Sequence record: PV660448
Reading direction: 5' to 3' (one strand)
Length of the DNA: 64,000 nt
Origin: Escherichia phage LF82-4
Shown: one piece after another, positions 37,549-45,638 of the stretch
How the letters are laid out: every line of letters begins with the position of its first letter
Numbering within the stretch: position 1 is the first letter of the stretch
The notes under the pieces: model-generated
The model's database searches: none
What the model saw: only the letters and a program-made list of their open reading frames with translations
What the model was told of the DNA's origin: nothing
Made by a program: the position numbers and the translations under genes

Positions 37549-38027
37549 TCAACAATCACAATTTCTAGTTTAGTGGAATATGTATCAAGAATTTCTTCAA
37601 TGATATCCCAGTTTCCACCACCTATACCTGCACCAATTCTTGGCATGTAAATCACAGGCTTTGCTATCTTATTCTTTCCGAATTTATTTAATTCTATTAT
37701 ACAATTCATTAAAGCAGAGTACTCAAAATTAGGTCCGGGCTCAAACTGTGTATAAAGATTAAAGCAATAAGCTTTATGGGTCTTAAAATATTTTTCATAA
37801 ACCGAATAGGAACCGAGTTTAGACTCGTCTCCGAATTCGGTTTGAAGTTTATCGGCTTCTAAAATTTTTGGATAAGCCTTTGCTAATTGTCCTGCTACAC
37901 CAGCGCCCATTGTATGAAAACAATTGCACCCATGAGCAATATTATTACCTTTAGAAAACAGGGCGACAATATCGCCCTTGATATAGTTTTTAATCACTTG
38001 CTGCAAGTCCTCTAGTATAAGAGTCAA
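37530..38027 (-). CDS. macro-domain protein (ADP-ribose binding/hydrolase fold)
   Basis: motifs NNIAHGCNCFHTMGAGVAG and IGAGIGGGNW resemble macro-domain signatures; start is non-ATG (TTG at 38027 or GTG at 37997 with GAGGA RBS). Confidence 0.6.
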   Translation of the reverse strand: MTLILEDLQQVIKNYIKGDIVALFSKGNNIAHGCNCFHTMGAGVAGQLAKAYPKILEADKLQTEFGDESKLGSYSVYEKYFKTHKAYCFNLYTQFEPGPNFEYSALMNCIIELNKFGKNKIAKPVIYMPRIGAGIGGGNWDIIEEILDTYSTKLEIVIVDWEPLL

Positions 38028-38337
38028 CTAGACGGTCCACCATAGAATTGCATGCTGCCTTATCTTTAGGTTCCGCCACCGAGCATTCTAATATTTGCCA
38101 TTTTTTATAGTATCTTTTAATTAAGGTAGACGCCTTGAACCTACTAGACGCCCCATCTTTTTCTCCGTCTTTATATGCATATAACAATTTTTGTGAAAAA
38201 TCTACTTTACACTCTTGACTTTTACCACAATAATCAGACGCCGTTCTGTTTGTATACTCCGTTACATCAGTATATGTAGTATTAGCAAGAGCGTTAAATG
38301 AAACCAAGCCAACTATTAAAGCCAACATTTTGGTCAT
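37990..38337 (-). CDS. secreted protein with signal peptide (115 aa)
   Basis: MTKMLALIVGLVSFNALA signal. Confidence 0.55.
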   Translation of the reverse strand: MTKMLALIVGLVSFNALANTTYTDVTEYTNRTASDYCGKSQECKVDFSQKLLYAYKDGEKDGASSRFKASTLIKRYYKKWQILECSVAEPKDKAACNSMVDRLVDSYTRGLAASD

Positions 38338-38876
38338 TCTTTTATTTCCAGTAGTTTATTTGATTTAAGGTAATTAGCCTTTTCTAGGACTTCAGAAGCA
38401 TATTTACTTCCAGCACTTGTCTTCCATCCAGCATTATATGAGGATATGGCTTTCCTTATATCCCCGTTATGTATATTTAACCAATAAGAAAATTCGATAT
38501 AAGCCCATCTTGCTGAATTAGACCGCTTAGATAGCATTTTCTTAATTTGGGCATCAGTCATATTATAACCAAGCTGGTTAATTCTTGCCCTCATTGTTGG
38601 TAGATAATTTTGGAACATTCCATACGCATGGTGACCTTTCTTATCTTTAAGATTAATACCGGCAGATGATTCCTGCCATAGTATTGCGGCCATTATGTAT
38701 CCAAGTCCTTTCTTATGCATATTTTCATGCGTTTTAAATTTTCCATCCTTAGAAAACTGTTCCCCAAACTGATAAGCATAATTCAAGTTATCGAGTTGGA
38801 CATTACTAAAAGTATGCTCGGAGCTATGTGCTGATAACGAAAGAGCAAATAGACCAGCGAGTAGTGCTTTTCTCAT
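38334..38876 (-). CDS. periplasmic lytic-transglycosylase-like protein (SLT domain)
   Basis: signal peptide; ILWQESS catalytic-Glu motif, GMFQ and SYNAG motifs. Confidence 0.6.
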   Translation of the reverse strand: MRKALLAGLFALSLSAHSSEHTFSNVQLDNLNYAYQFGEQFSKDGKFKTHENMHKKGLGYIMAAILWQESSAGINLKDKKGHHAYGMFQNYLPTMRARINQLGYNMTDAQIKKMLSKRSNSARWAYIEFSYWLNIHNGDIRKAISSYNAGWKTSAGSKYASEVLEKANYLKSNKLLEIKE

Positions 38877-38884
38877 GTTTACCT

Positions 38885-39343
38885 CTAGATTTTAATCACT
38901 GCTTTAGAAGCTTTTCCTGGTAGTCGTTTACTGTTAATAATAGCCATTCTGCATTGAAGAGTCTTCATTTTGAATGCTGGATTTTCGCGACAAACTGTAA
39001 GTCCTAACCAAAGATTTCCATCAGTTATTTCTAAACGGCCTGGGCGATATTCGACACCTTCGACAAAATCTTCATCAACATCTGGACGTGCCGGCATTGA
39101 TAAAAATTCTGCAACTTCTTTAGCATGATTTTTTACTTTATGAAATAATTCAAAAACGTAATTCTCATCTATTTCTCTCTGGATGGCACGATCTAAGAGA
39201 TGTTGAGAATACTTGATATGAAAGCCTGGTAGTCCAAGAGACTTTGCAGCATCTTTTATACCGGCATTTATTTTGCGGAACTCCGTTTCAAAGATTCGAC
39301 GGAGTTTATTACGGCGGATAAAAACTTCCGAATTGATAGTCAT
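38885..39343 (-). CDS. regB: endoribonuclease RegB
   Basis: 152 aa from ATG 39343 (MTINSEVFIRRNKLRR...); matches T4 RegB as recalled; track start is TTG. Confidence 0.85.
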   Translation of the reverse strand: MTINSEVFIRRNKLRRIFETEFRKINAGIKDAAKSLGLPGFHIKYSQHLLDRAIQREIDENYVFELFHKVKNHAKEVAEFLSMPARPDVDEDFVEGVEYRPGRLEITDGNLWLGLTVCRENPAFKMKTLQCRMAIINSKRLPGKASKAVIKI

Positions 39344-39350
39344 TTTGATT

Positions 39351-39400
39351 TCTCCTCTAGTTGACAAGTCTATAGTAACACAACTAGAGGAGAAGTAAAC
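39351..39400 (-). promoter_or_regulatory. promoter-early stem-loop with SD in 3' arm (10-bp inverted repeat TCTCCTCTAG/CTAGAGGAGA) upstream of regB
   Basis: minus strand GTTTAC TTCTCCTCTAGTTGTGT TACTAT ...CTAGAGGAGAAATCAAA ATG. Confidence 0.55.
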
Positions 39401-39699
39401 TACTCTTTGAAAGGAATTAACTTTTTAACTGCTTTAGATACTTCGTCACGAACCTGATGGAAGTTCTTGAGCTGTTCAAGGCGTTGTTCGTAATACGCAA
39501 TCTCATCTTCTTCAAGACAATCGTCAGCGTCTTCTTTCAGATATGCCTTGTACTCATTAAAGAGGGCCCATAGGCGGTTCTCAAAGTCATCAAGGCTTTG
39601 AATTTTCTTGTGCTTCGGAACAAGGCCAAAAGGATTGCTTTCAGTTATGCGTCTAGATGCTTCATAATGAGTTCCAAAGCCTGATAGGATTTGAGCCAT
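39400..39699 (-). CDS. hypothetical protein (vs.3-like position)
   Basis: 99 aa; ATG start. Confidence 0.55.
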   Translation of the reverse strand: MAQILSGFGTHYEASRRITESNPFGLVPKHKKIQSLDDFENRLWALFNEYKAYLKEDADDCLEEDEIAYYEQRLEQLKNFHQVRDEVSKAVKKLIPFKE

Positions 39700-39965
39700 T
39701 AGTATTTTTCCTCAGGTCGAAATACTGCACGACAGGCCCACATGCTGGCTTCTTTTAGATGTTGCTTAGCATACTTAAGAGCCTGTACTGCATCCATATC
39801 TTCTTTGGTTTGTTGCTCTGTTTCATTTTCTTTCAAGATATATGCTTCTTCAATCAGAGCATCAAACAACAATCCAAGACGGACTTCTGCATCTTTAATA
39901 GCGTTCACTTTACCGATTTTATCGTCGGTATGCGGCTTGTAGCCTTTGATGTCTTCAATCGACAT
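39699..39965 (-). CDS. hypothetical protein (88 aa; position of T4 vs.4)
   Basis: ATG at 39965; longer track ORF N-terminus is an out-of-context extension. Confidence 0.5.
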   Translation of the reverse strand: MSIEDIKGYKPHTDDKIGKVNAIKDAEVRLGLLFDALIEEAYILKENETEQQTKEDMDAVQALKYAKQHLKEASMWACRAVFRPEEKY

Positions 39966-40179
39966 AAGGAATTTCCTCATCGGTGACAAGGTCATATTCG
40001 ACCAATTGGATAGGCTCGTTAATACCATATCCACGTACAGTGATATCGGTTGTCGGATATTTTCCAGTAATATCACCCATTCTAAATGCTTCAGTGAATG
40101 ATTGCTCACCTGAGCAACTAAACCAGGCGGCAAAACATTTTAAAACATCTTCAGACCCTTCTATAATCAATTTAGCCAT
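39955..40179 (-). CDS. hypothetical protein (74 aa)
   Basis: ATG start; 1-nt overlap with GrcA-like stop. Confidence 0.5.
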   Translation of the reverse strand: MAKLIIEGSEDVLKCFAAWFSCSGEQSFTEAFRMGDITGKYPTTDITVRGYGINEPIQLVEYDLVTDEEIPYVD

Positions 40180-40541
40180 TATAGACTCTCAGTAAAGGTA
40201 CGAGCGATAACGTCGCGCTGCTGTTCCGGAGTCAGAGAGTTAAAGCGAACTGCATAACCGGATACACGAATGGTCAGCTGAGGATATTTTTCCGGATGCT
40301 TAACTGCATCTTCCAGAGTTTCACGACGCAGAACGTTAACGTTCAGGTGTTGACCACCTTCAATTTTAACTTTAGGTTGATGTTCAATTTCAATTTCACG
40401 GGCATGTAAACCGTAGAAAATTTCCGGGTCTACAATAGCGTCTTCTTTAAAAGTCTTAGAGACGATAATCCGGGCTTGAGTACCATCTTCAAAATAAATA
40501 GTGCCTTTATGTACACCTTCAAGAATTTGATATGCTTTCAT
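40179..40541 (-). CDS. autonomous glycyl radical cofactor (GrcA/YfiD-like)
   Basis: 120 aa; C-terminal ~60 aa (…[59 protein letters not shown]) match E. coli GrcA as recalled incl. glycyl-radical site RVSGYAV; 3' half visibly GC-richer. Confidence 0.8.
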   Translation of the reverse strand: MKAYQILEGVHKGTIYFEDGTQARIIVSKTFKEDAIVDPEIFYGLHAREIEIEHQPKVKIEGGQHLNVNVLRRETLEDAVKHPEKYPQLTIRVSGYAVRFNSLTPEQQRDVIARTFTESL

Positions 40542-40547
40542 ATAACC

Positions 40548-40856
40548 TCAATTAGAAAATAAATTTATCCAAGTTTTTTCTTTAATCAAAAATGGGTCGG
40601 AATTAAACGCCATTAAACTTTGAGTGATTAATCCCTTAAACGGCCCATCAATAAATTCCATTTTGAAATGCGGAATACTAGTCATCAACCGTGCATTAGG
40701 AGCAGTACAAAGAACCTGCTGCCCCGCGAAAGGACCTTTAGTCAAACTGTATCGTTTAGGTTTAAAATGGTAAATCTCATAATTTTCTACAAGAGCCCTT
40801 TTATTGCATACTGGGCTGTTATAACAATATTCAAAAACTTCAATAGTGGTCATCAT
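40548..40856 (-). CDS. hypothetical protein (102 aa)
   Basis: track ORF. Confidence 0.5.
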   Translation of the reverse strand: MMTTIEVFEYCYNSPVCNKRALVENYEIYHFKPKRYSLTKGPFAGQQVLCTAPNARLMTSIPHFKMEFIDGPFKGLITQSLMAFNSDPFLIKEKTWINLFSN

Positions 40857-41392
40857 TGCATTCCAATCACAAAAAATTGAGGACGAGCATTACCGCCGAT
40901 GCAATATTTGCTTTTGCAACAGTGTTGGACTGTTTTAATATGGACATTGTAAATCTTATCCATATCAGGAGCTTTAATAGGCTCGTCAATTATGTACAGA
41001 ATACGAGAAAGCGTTAATCCACGGAATTTAGAACCTTCATTGCCAATAAAACTACGGACAGAATCGGTAAATAAACGGAATCGAATATCATCGCTAGAAT
41101 AACGAGAAAATTCTTTTTTAATGTTGCCAGCAGAAATTTTAGCATAGGCTGAAGTATTAGAAAGAACAATAACTGTTCCACCATCATACAGCCAATTAGC
41201 AGCAAAGTTAGTCACAGCAATTGATTTACCTGATTGTCGGCCGCCGTCTAAACGAAGTGTACAGTACTGCTTGAGTACGTCTTCAAACGGTGGGATATAA
41301 CCGTTCTTACAAATTTCTTCTACTCTAGCATCAGAATGGTGTGTAAAAGCATTCATCAGGGATAGATAAGGTCCAGTTAAAAATGTTCTCAT
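40853..41392 (-). CDS. hypothetical protein (179 aa) with P-loop-like GGRQSGKS
   Basis: ATG start; Walker-A-like motif. Confidence 0.55.
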   Translation of the reverse strand: MRTFLTGPYLSLMNAFTHHSDARVEEICKNGYIPPFEDVLKQYCTLRLDGGRQSGKSIAVTNFAANWLYDGGTVIVLSNTSAYAKISAGNIKKEFSRYSSDDIRFRLFTDSVRSFIGNEGSKFRGLTLSRILYIIDEPIKAPDMDKIYNVHIKTVQHCCKSKYCIGGNARPQFFVIGMQ

Positions 41393-41452
41393 TTAGTTTC
41401 TCTTTTAGGTTGGGCCATTCCGTGGCGCATGAATTGTCCATTTCTGTATTTA

Positions 41453-41503
41453 CCCCTCTAAGTAATTATGAATATACTATCACAATTCTAGGAGAAAGTA
41501 AAC
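41453..41503 (-). promoter_or_regulatory. promoter-early stem-loop with SD-like 3' arm
   Basis: minus strand GTTTAC TTTCTCCTAGAATTGTG ATAGTA ...CTTAGAGGGG. Confidence 0.4.
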
Positions 41504-41505
41504 TG

Positions 41506-41808
41506 TTATTTACCTTTAATTACTTTAGCTGCTTCGATAGCCGCTTGCTGAAGGTCATCCATAGACATACCGAATTTAGAAGCAAAGTTATCAATTTTCT
41601 TTTCGACAGCATTCAAAGGCTTGGCCTGTTTACCTTCATTAGCGCCAGGAAGAGCGAGAATACGCTCTTTGTCAATATAAAGGCTTACAAGTTTCTTACG
41701 GTCTTTATCGGACAAATCATGAAATGAATGGGCCTTTTTATTTATAGCGGCTTCTAATTTACCTGCACTCACTCGCGCTTCAGTAATAAATTCTTGATAT
41801 GTTTTCAT
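41506..41808 (-). CDS. internal head protein (capsid-targeting sequence)
   Basis: N-terminus MKTYQEFITEARV... = T4 IP capsid-targeting signal. Confidence 0.75.
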   Translation of the reverse strand: MKTYQEFITEARVSAGKLEAAINKKAHSFHDLSDKDRKKLVSLYIDKERILALPGANEGKQAKPLNAVEKKIDNFASKFGMSMDDLQQAAIEAAKVIKGK

Positions 41809-41839
41809 TTTTTGTTTCCTTGTTTGTTTTGATAGAGTA

Positions 41840-41869
41840 ATTATACCATATTAATACTTAAGCGTAAAC
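41840..41869 (-). promoter_or_regulatory. early promoter (GTTTAC -35, TATAAT -10)
   Basis: minus strand GTTTACGCTTAAGTATTAATATGGTATAAT; upstream of IP gene 41506-41808. Confidence 0.5.
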
Positions 41870-41872
41870 AAT

Positions 41873-42133
41873 TTAAGCTTTACCGCCAGAAATAATTCCG
41901 AAGTTGTTAAAATCGTATCCAATATCGTCAACATCTACTTTAGGATTTACTACAACATAAGCAATTTCACTACGTTTTGCATAGGTGTTGATTTCTTTAC
42001 CATCGCCACCTAAGAAAGAATACCCATTACGTTTTAATGAGCCAAAGTCTTCGGCATCACCAATGAAAGCTTTAACTTTAAATTTAGGACCTTTGGCATC
42101 TGCTTCAATGATAAATTCTTGATACATTTTCAT
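41873..42133 (-). CDS. internal head protein (capsid-targeting sequence)
   Basis: N-terminus MKMYQEFIIEADAKG. Confidence 0.7.
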   Translation of the reverse strand: MKMYQEFIIEADAKGPKFKVKAFIGDAEDFGSLKRNGYSFLGGDGKEINTYAKRSEIAYVVVNPKVDVDDIGYDFNNFGIISGGKA

Positions 42134-42139
42134 TTTTCC

Positions 42140-42553
42140 TTAGTAAATTGATTTACCATAGTATTTGTACCAAGTAGGACGTTGAGCAATTTTTTCATCT
42201 AAGCGTGCTTGACTTATCGCAACGGACGCTTCGGACGGGACATAATTATTACGAAATTCGGCAGGGATGTCGGAAATATCCTGGACTGTCGTGTCCTTGA
42301 TTTTGAAACCACGTTTCAAGCATTCAGCGATTAGCTCGATTTGTCGTAAACGTAAAAATTCAAGTTTGTCGTAAAAGAATGTTACGTGACCTGTGCCTAA
42401 GATAAATGTTGGAGAGATTTTAAAATCCTTTACACGTTTACCGTTTTGGACATGTTTACGGACTGCACTAAATACGCGTGGTAATTCACGATACTCAGCC
42501 ATAAGATGTTGATCGGTCAGTTCAGAAACAAGTGTTAAATTGATACGAGTCAT
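42140..42553 (-). CDS. denV: endonuclease V (pyrimidine dimer DNA glycosylase)
   Basis: 137 aa from ATG 42553 ([28 protein letters not shown]...); matches T4 DenV as recalled. Confidence 0.93.
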   Translation of the reverse strand: MTRINLTLVSELTDQHLMAEYRELPRVFSAVRKHVQNGKRVKDFKISPTFILGTGHVTFFYDKLEFLRLRQIELIAECLKRGFKIKDTTVQDISDIPAEFRNNYVPSEASVAISQARLDEKIAQRPTWYKYYGKSIY

Positions 42554-42556
42554 AAT

Positions 42557-42610
42557 TTCCTCCAAGTAGTTGATGAATGTATAGTATCAAAACCCTTGGA
42601 GGAAGTAAAC
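42557..42610 (-). promoter_or_regulatory. promoter-early stem-loop with SD in 3' arm (10-bp inverted repeat TTCCTCCAAG/CTTGGAGGAA) upstream of denV
   Basis: minus strand GTTTAC TTCCTCCAAGGGTTTTG ATACTATA ...CTTGGAGGAAATT ATG. Confidence 0.55.
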
Positions 42611-42611
42611 A

Positions 42612-42893
42612 CTATTTTTCTGAAGCGCCTGAAATATATTTTTCAAGACGTTGTTTCATCAGCGAGCCGTTCTTAGCGATTTCTTCCGGTTTATCGCACA
42701 TACGTAACAAGGCTTCAAGCTTAGCGATATCGCTGGTACGTTCAAATTTGCGAGTATCTATCTTACTAGCAAGTTCAGAAATACGTGCTAATAGACTTTC
42801 GGCTTCAACCAAAGCTGCACCTAGCTTAGTTGCAAATGTGTCAGTAGCTTCGTTAAGAATAGATTCTGATAAAAATTCACTATATGTTTTCAT
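42612..42893 (-). CDS. internal head protein (capsid-targeting sequence)
   Basis: ATG at 42893 gives [13 protein letters not shown]...; overlaps e stop (ATGA). Confidence 0.7.
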   Translation of the reverse strand: MKTYSEFLSESILNEATDTFATKLGAALVEAESLLARISELASKIDTRKFERTSDIAKLEALLRMCDKPEEIAKNGSLMKQRLEKYISGASEK

Positions 42894-43378
42894 ATATACG
42901 CTTTCCAAGTTCCTGTTTTAAATGTTGAGATTACGCGTTTCGCGCGATTAGGTGTCTGACGATACCATTTAGATTGGGCGAGATTTACTGCCGCTTCATC
43001 CCAACGTTTCTGTTGAAGCATACGAAGAGAATTAGTAAAACCAGCAACGCCTGCTACACCCATTTGGAAGACCATATTGACCAATGCACATCGACGAACC
43101 GCGTCTAAAGAATCATATACCGGTTTAAGTTTAGCATTACCCAAGATTCCGCGAACGGCTTTATCGACGTCTTCGTTAAATAGCTTTTCAGCCTCATCAA
43201 GGGTAATTGTACCGTTGCATTTACGACCGATCATTCTGTCAAGTTCAGCTTTAGCTACGGCTAAAGACGGGTTCTTTGTTACTAAATGGCCTATGCCAAT
43301 CGTCCAAAAGCCTTCAGTGTCTTTGTATAAAGTCAGTCTAAGACCTTCGTCATTACGAAGCATTTCAAATATATTCAT
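42890..43378 (-). CDS. e: lysozyme (endolysin)
   Basis: 162 aa from ATG 43378 ([32 protein letters not shown]...); matches T4 lysozyme as recalled; track start is GTG inside upstream hairpin. Confidence 0.95.
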   Translation of the reverse strand: MNIFEMLRNDEGLRLTLYKDTEGFWTIGIGHLVTKNPSLAVAKAELDRMIGRKCNGTITLDEAEKLFNEDVDKAVRGILGNAKLKPVYDSLDAVRRCALVNMVFQMGVAGVAGFTNSLRMLQQKRWDEAAVNLAQSKWYRQTPNRAKRVISTFKTGTWKAYI

Positions 43379-43380
43379 AA

Positions 43381-43404
43381 TACCTCCCACGTTTATAGGA
43401 GGTA
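43381..43404 (-). promoter_or_regulatory. stem-loop sequestering the lysozyme Shine-Dalgarno (7-bp stem UACCUCC/GGAGGUA, loop UAUAAACGUG)
   Basis: read directly; SD GGAGG is the 3' arm, 4 nt before ATG; loop carries TATAAA late-promoter-like element. Confidence 0.6.
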
Positions 43405-43412
43405 TTTATTAC

Positions 43413-43871
43413 TTATAGGATGGTAGTGAGCACCTTGTATAACGATTTGCCCATTACATATTCCCATTGAGAAGGTTTAATTAAAGCGAATGCATCAAAT
43501 TCAGGAATCTGTCGTCCGTCTGGGAATGTATGATAGGAATTACAAACACTGTTTCTGAATTGCTCATGCTCTACAGGGATGGTATATAGGAACAGATGAA
43601 TATTCTTATTGTCTGAGTAATGATGTTCACCTAGGTCTTTCAGGAAGGCAGGGTCATATTGTGTAAACCCAGTTTCTTCTTCGCATTCACGAATAGCGGC
43701 TTCAATAGGAGATTCGCCAGGTTCGACACGGCCTTTAGGAATATCCCACCGATGAGCTAATGCACCTTTAGGACGAGAACCAGTTACACGACCCATGAAT
43801 AATTCTTTATTTTCGGTAAGGAAAATAATACCGGCAGATAGTTCTTTCACTTTATTTTTCTTACTCATCAT
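43413..43871 (-). CDS. nudE: Nudix hydrolase
   Basis: Nudix box GRVEPGESPIEAAIRECEEETGF. Confidence 0.85.
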   Translation of the reverse strand: MMSKKNKVKELSAGIIFLTENKELFMGRVTGSRPKGALAHRWDIPKGRVEPGESPIEAAIRECEEETGFTQYDPAFLKDLGEHHYSDNKNIHLFLYTIPVEHEQFRNSVCNSYHTFPDGRQIPEFDAFALIKPSQWEYVMGKSLYKVLTTIL

Positions 43872-44097
43872 CTCGGTCCCATGATTTGGCCATTAATTCA
43901 GACATAAATTCTTCAATGCGCGTTTCTTTAGATGGACTTTCACTATTAGAGACCGCAAGTTTGTAATCTGCAATAGGACGGAACAAATCAAGGTCCATAT
44001 TAAGATCGTCTTTGATTTGTTCTTCAGATACGTCTTTATCATACGTATACAAATAACTATCACCCGATTCTGATTTAACGTAAATTGCTATGCTCAT
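43861..44097 (-). CDS. hypothetical acidic protein (78 aa)
   Basis: track ORF. Confidence 0.5.
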   Translation of the reverse strand: MSIAIYVKSESGDSYLYTYDKDVSEEQIKDDLNMDLDLFRPIADYKLAVSNSESPSKETRIEEFMSELMAKSWDRDDE

Positions 44098-44492
44098 CTC
44101 AAATTCCTACATTCGGTAATAAAACGTTCAACTTCATTATTCTTGGCCTTTATCTTGTCTTTACGTTCCTGTAAACTACTTTTAACAAGATTAATAATGA
44201 TGCCTATAGTACCTCCACCAATAATACCACCAATAATACTTACGATAGTAGATGCTAATAATATAGCGATAATATCTGGTATGGCAAAGGCACTTACTTT
44301 AGTACTAAAAAACCATACCGACGGTACAAATATAATCCATCCTGTTATCCATTGGCACTTATTGAAAAACTTTTCAAGCTCAGCTTGAGTTGTTCTTATT
44401 ACTTCATCGATAGGTTGATATCCATTAATGTATCTGTTCACGATAATACCTGCTGGCTGGTCGATTTTAAATTCTTGACAAATACGTTTCAC
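44094..44492 (-). CDS. membrane protein (132 aa)
   Basis: two TM helices incl. glycine-zipper IIGGIIGGGTIGIII. Confidence 0.55.
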   Translation of the reverse strand: MKRICQEFKIDQPAGIIVNRYINGYQPIDEVIRTTQAELEKFFNKCQWITGWIIFVPSVWFFSTKVSAFAIPDIIAILLASTIVSIIGGIIGGGTIGIIINLVKSSLQERKDKIKAKNNEVERFITECRNLR

Positions 44493-44573
44493 TAAGTAGG
44501 ATGGACATCCTGTCCAATCTACTGAATAGTACGAAATACCTTCATTACTTAGACCAATATGTTTTGTTAATCA

Positions 44574-45260
44574 TTACCAGCCTTCCATAGGGAATTCCAG
44601 ATAAACTTGAGCATTGACACGAATTTCATTGGTAATCTTTTTAACTCGGTCTGTATTACGAGATACACGTCCGAACCAACGCCATCCATTACTAATTGCA
44701 CGAGAACCAGTGTGCCATGTTTGCCAATCAAACTGAAGAAGAGTACGGTCCGGAGCTTCCCATTTCTCTAGTTCACCTTTTTCAATTTTTTCGAGGACTT
44801 CTTTGTGCCATTGGCGATAGATAAGTTCGCCATCAGGAATCTGACTGAACTCTGCAGTTCCTGTTGCAAAATGAGTAGGACACACGTCAGCGTTAACAAG
44901 ACCAAGAATATGTTCAGAATGGTAACGAGGGTTATCATAGTCAGGTTGTCCTGCAGTAATAAAGTGTTGGCCGACTGGAATATCAGGGCGAGGAACATCG
45001 TCATGGTGATATCCAGGAATAGCAGGATACCAACCAGGCATCAGCATATGAACCCGAGAATCAAATACAACATGTTGATTAGTCCAATCAATTGGGAGAT
45101 TGGCAATAAAGCTACGAGTAATAGGACCGCCGTTATCCCAAGCAAAACTCAAATCACAGTTAAAGAACATTGGTTCATTTTTGATTTGGTCATTTTGTAC
45201 GTTATGAGCAAAACCACCTACTGCGCGAGCTTGACTATTAAACACTTTAGAACTATTCAT
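44574..45260 (-). CDS. hypothetical protein (228 aa)
   Basis: ATG start; His/Asp-rich segment YHHDDVPRP (possible metal site), no firm family. Confidence 0.55.
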   Translation of the reverse strand: MNSSKVFNSQARAVGGFAHNVQNDQIKNEPMFFNCDLSFAWDNGGPITRSFIANLPIDWTNQHVVFDSRVHMLMPGWYPAIPGYHHDDVPRPDIPVGQHFITAGQPDYDNPRYHSEHILGLVNADVCPTHFATGTAEFSQIPDGELIYRQWHKEVLEKIEKGELEKWEAPDRTLLQFDWQTWHTGSRAISNGWRWFGRVSRNTDRVKKITNEIRVNAQVYLEFPMEGW

Positions 45261-45261
45261 A

Positions 45262-45567
45262 TTATTTTCCTCGACATTCTTTAATGAAATTTTCTAGATT
45301 GGTAGATTCAATAGCTTTTTTACGAGCTTCTGCATGTTCTTCTTCAGACAATTTACATTTATAATTAACCCAGACGTTATGGTCAAAACTAGTCGTGGCA
45401 TATAATAACAATGCTCCAACGAATAGCAAAAACGGCGATAAGAATACAAAACCAGGAACACCATCCATATCGTAAGCCTTTTGTAATACTGCAACAGAAA
45501 GGGCTGCGTAAAAAGGTGATGCAAATATTGTTAAAAGACCAATTCGGTTGGTTTCGCCTAATTTCAT
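45262..45567 (-). CDS. membrane protein (101 aa)
   Basis: two hydrophobic helices; GAGGAGAAT RBS. Confidence 0.55.
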   Translation of the reverse strand: MKLGETNRIGLLTIFASPFYAALSVAVLQKAYDMDGVPGFVFLSPFLLFVGALLLYATTSFDHNVWVNYKCKLSEEEHAEARKKAIESTNLENFIKECRGK

Positions 45568-45588
45568 AATATTCTCCTCATGTTTTTA

Positions 45589-45626
45589 ATAGGACTACTA
45601 TAACATAGTCCTATAATTGTGTAAAC
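45589..45626 (-). promoter_or_regulatory. promoter-early stem-loop, family taggactactataacatagtcct
   Basis: GTTTAC -35; inverted repeat ATAGGACT/AGTCCTAT. Confidence 0.5.
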
Positions 45627-45638
45627 AGTTTTGTGAAG

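Noticed and set aside
41439-41503. 36-codon ORF starting at an ATG 11 nt after the SD-like arm of the 41453-41503 cassette
   Set aside because: It runs out of frame across the start of the 179-aa gene and has no conservation signal; more likely fortuitous, though a leader peptide cannot be excluded.
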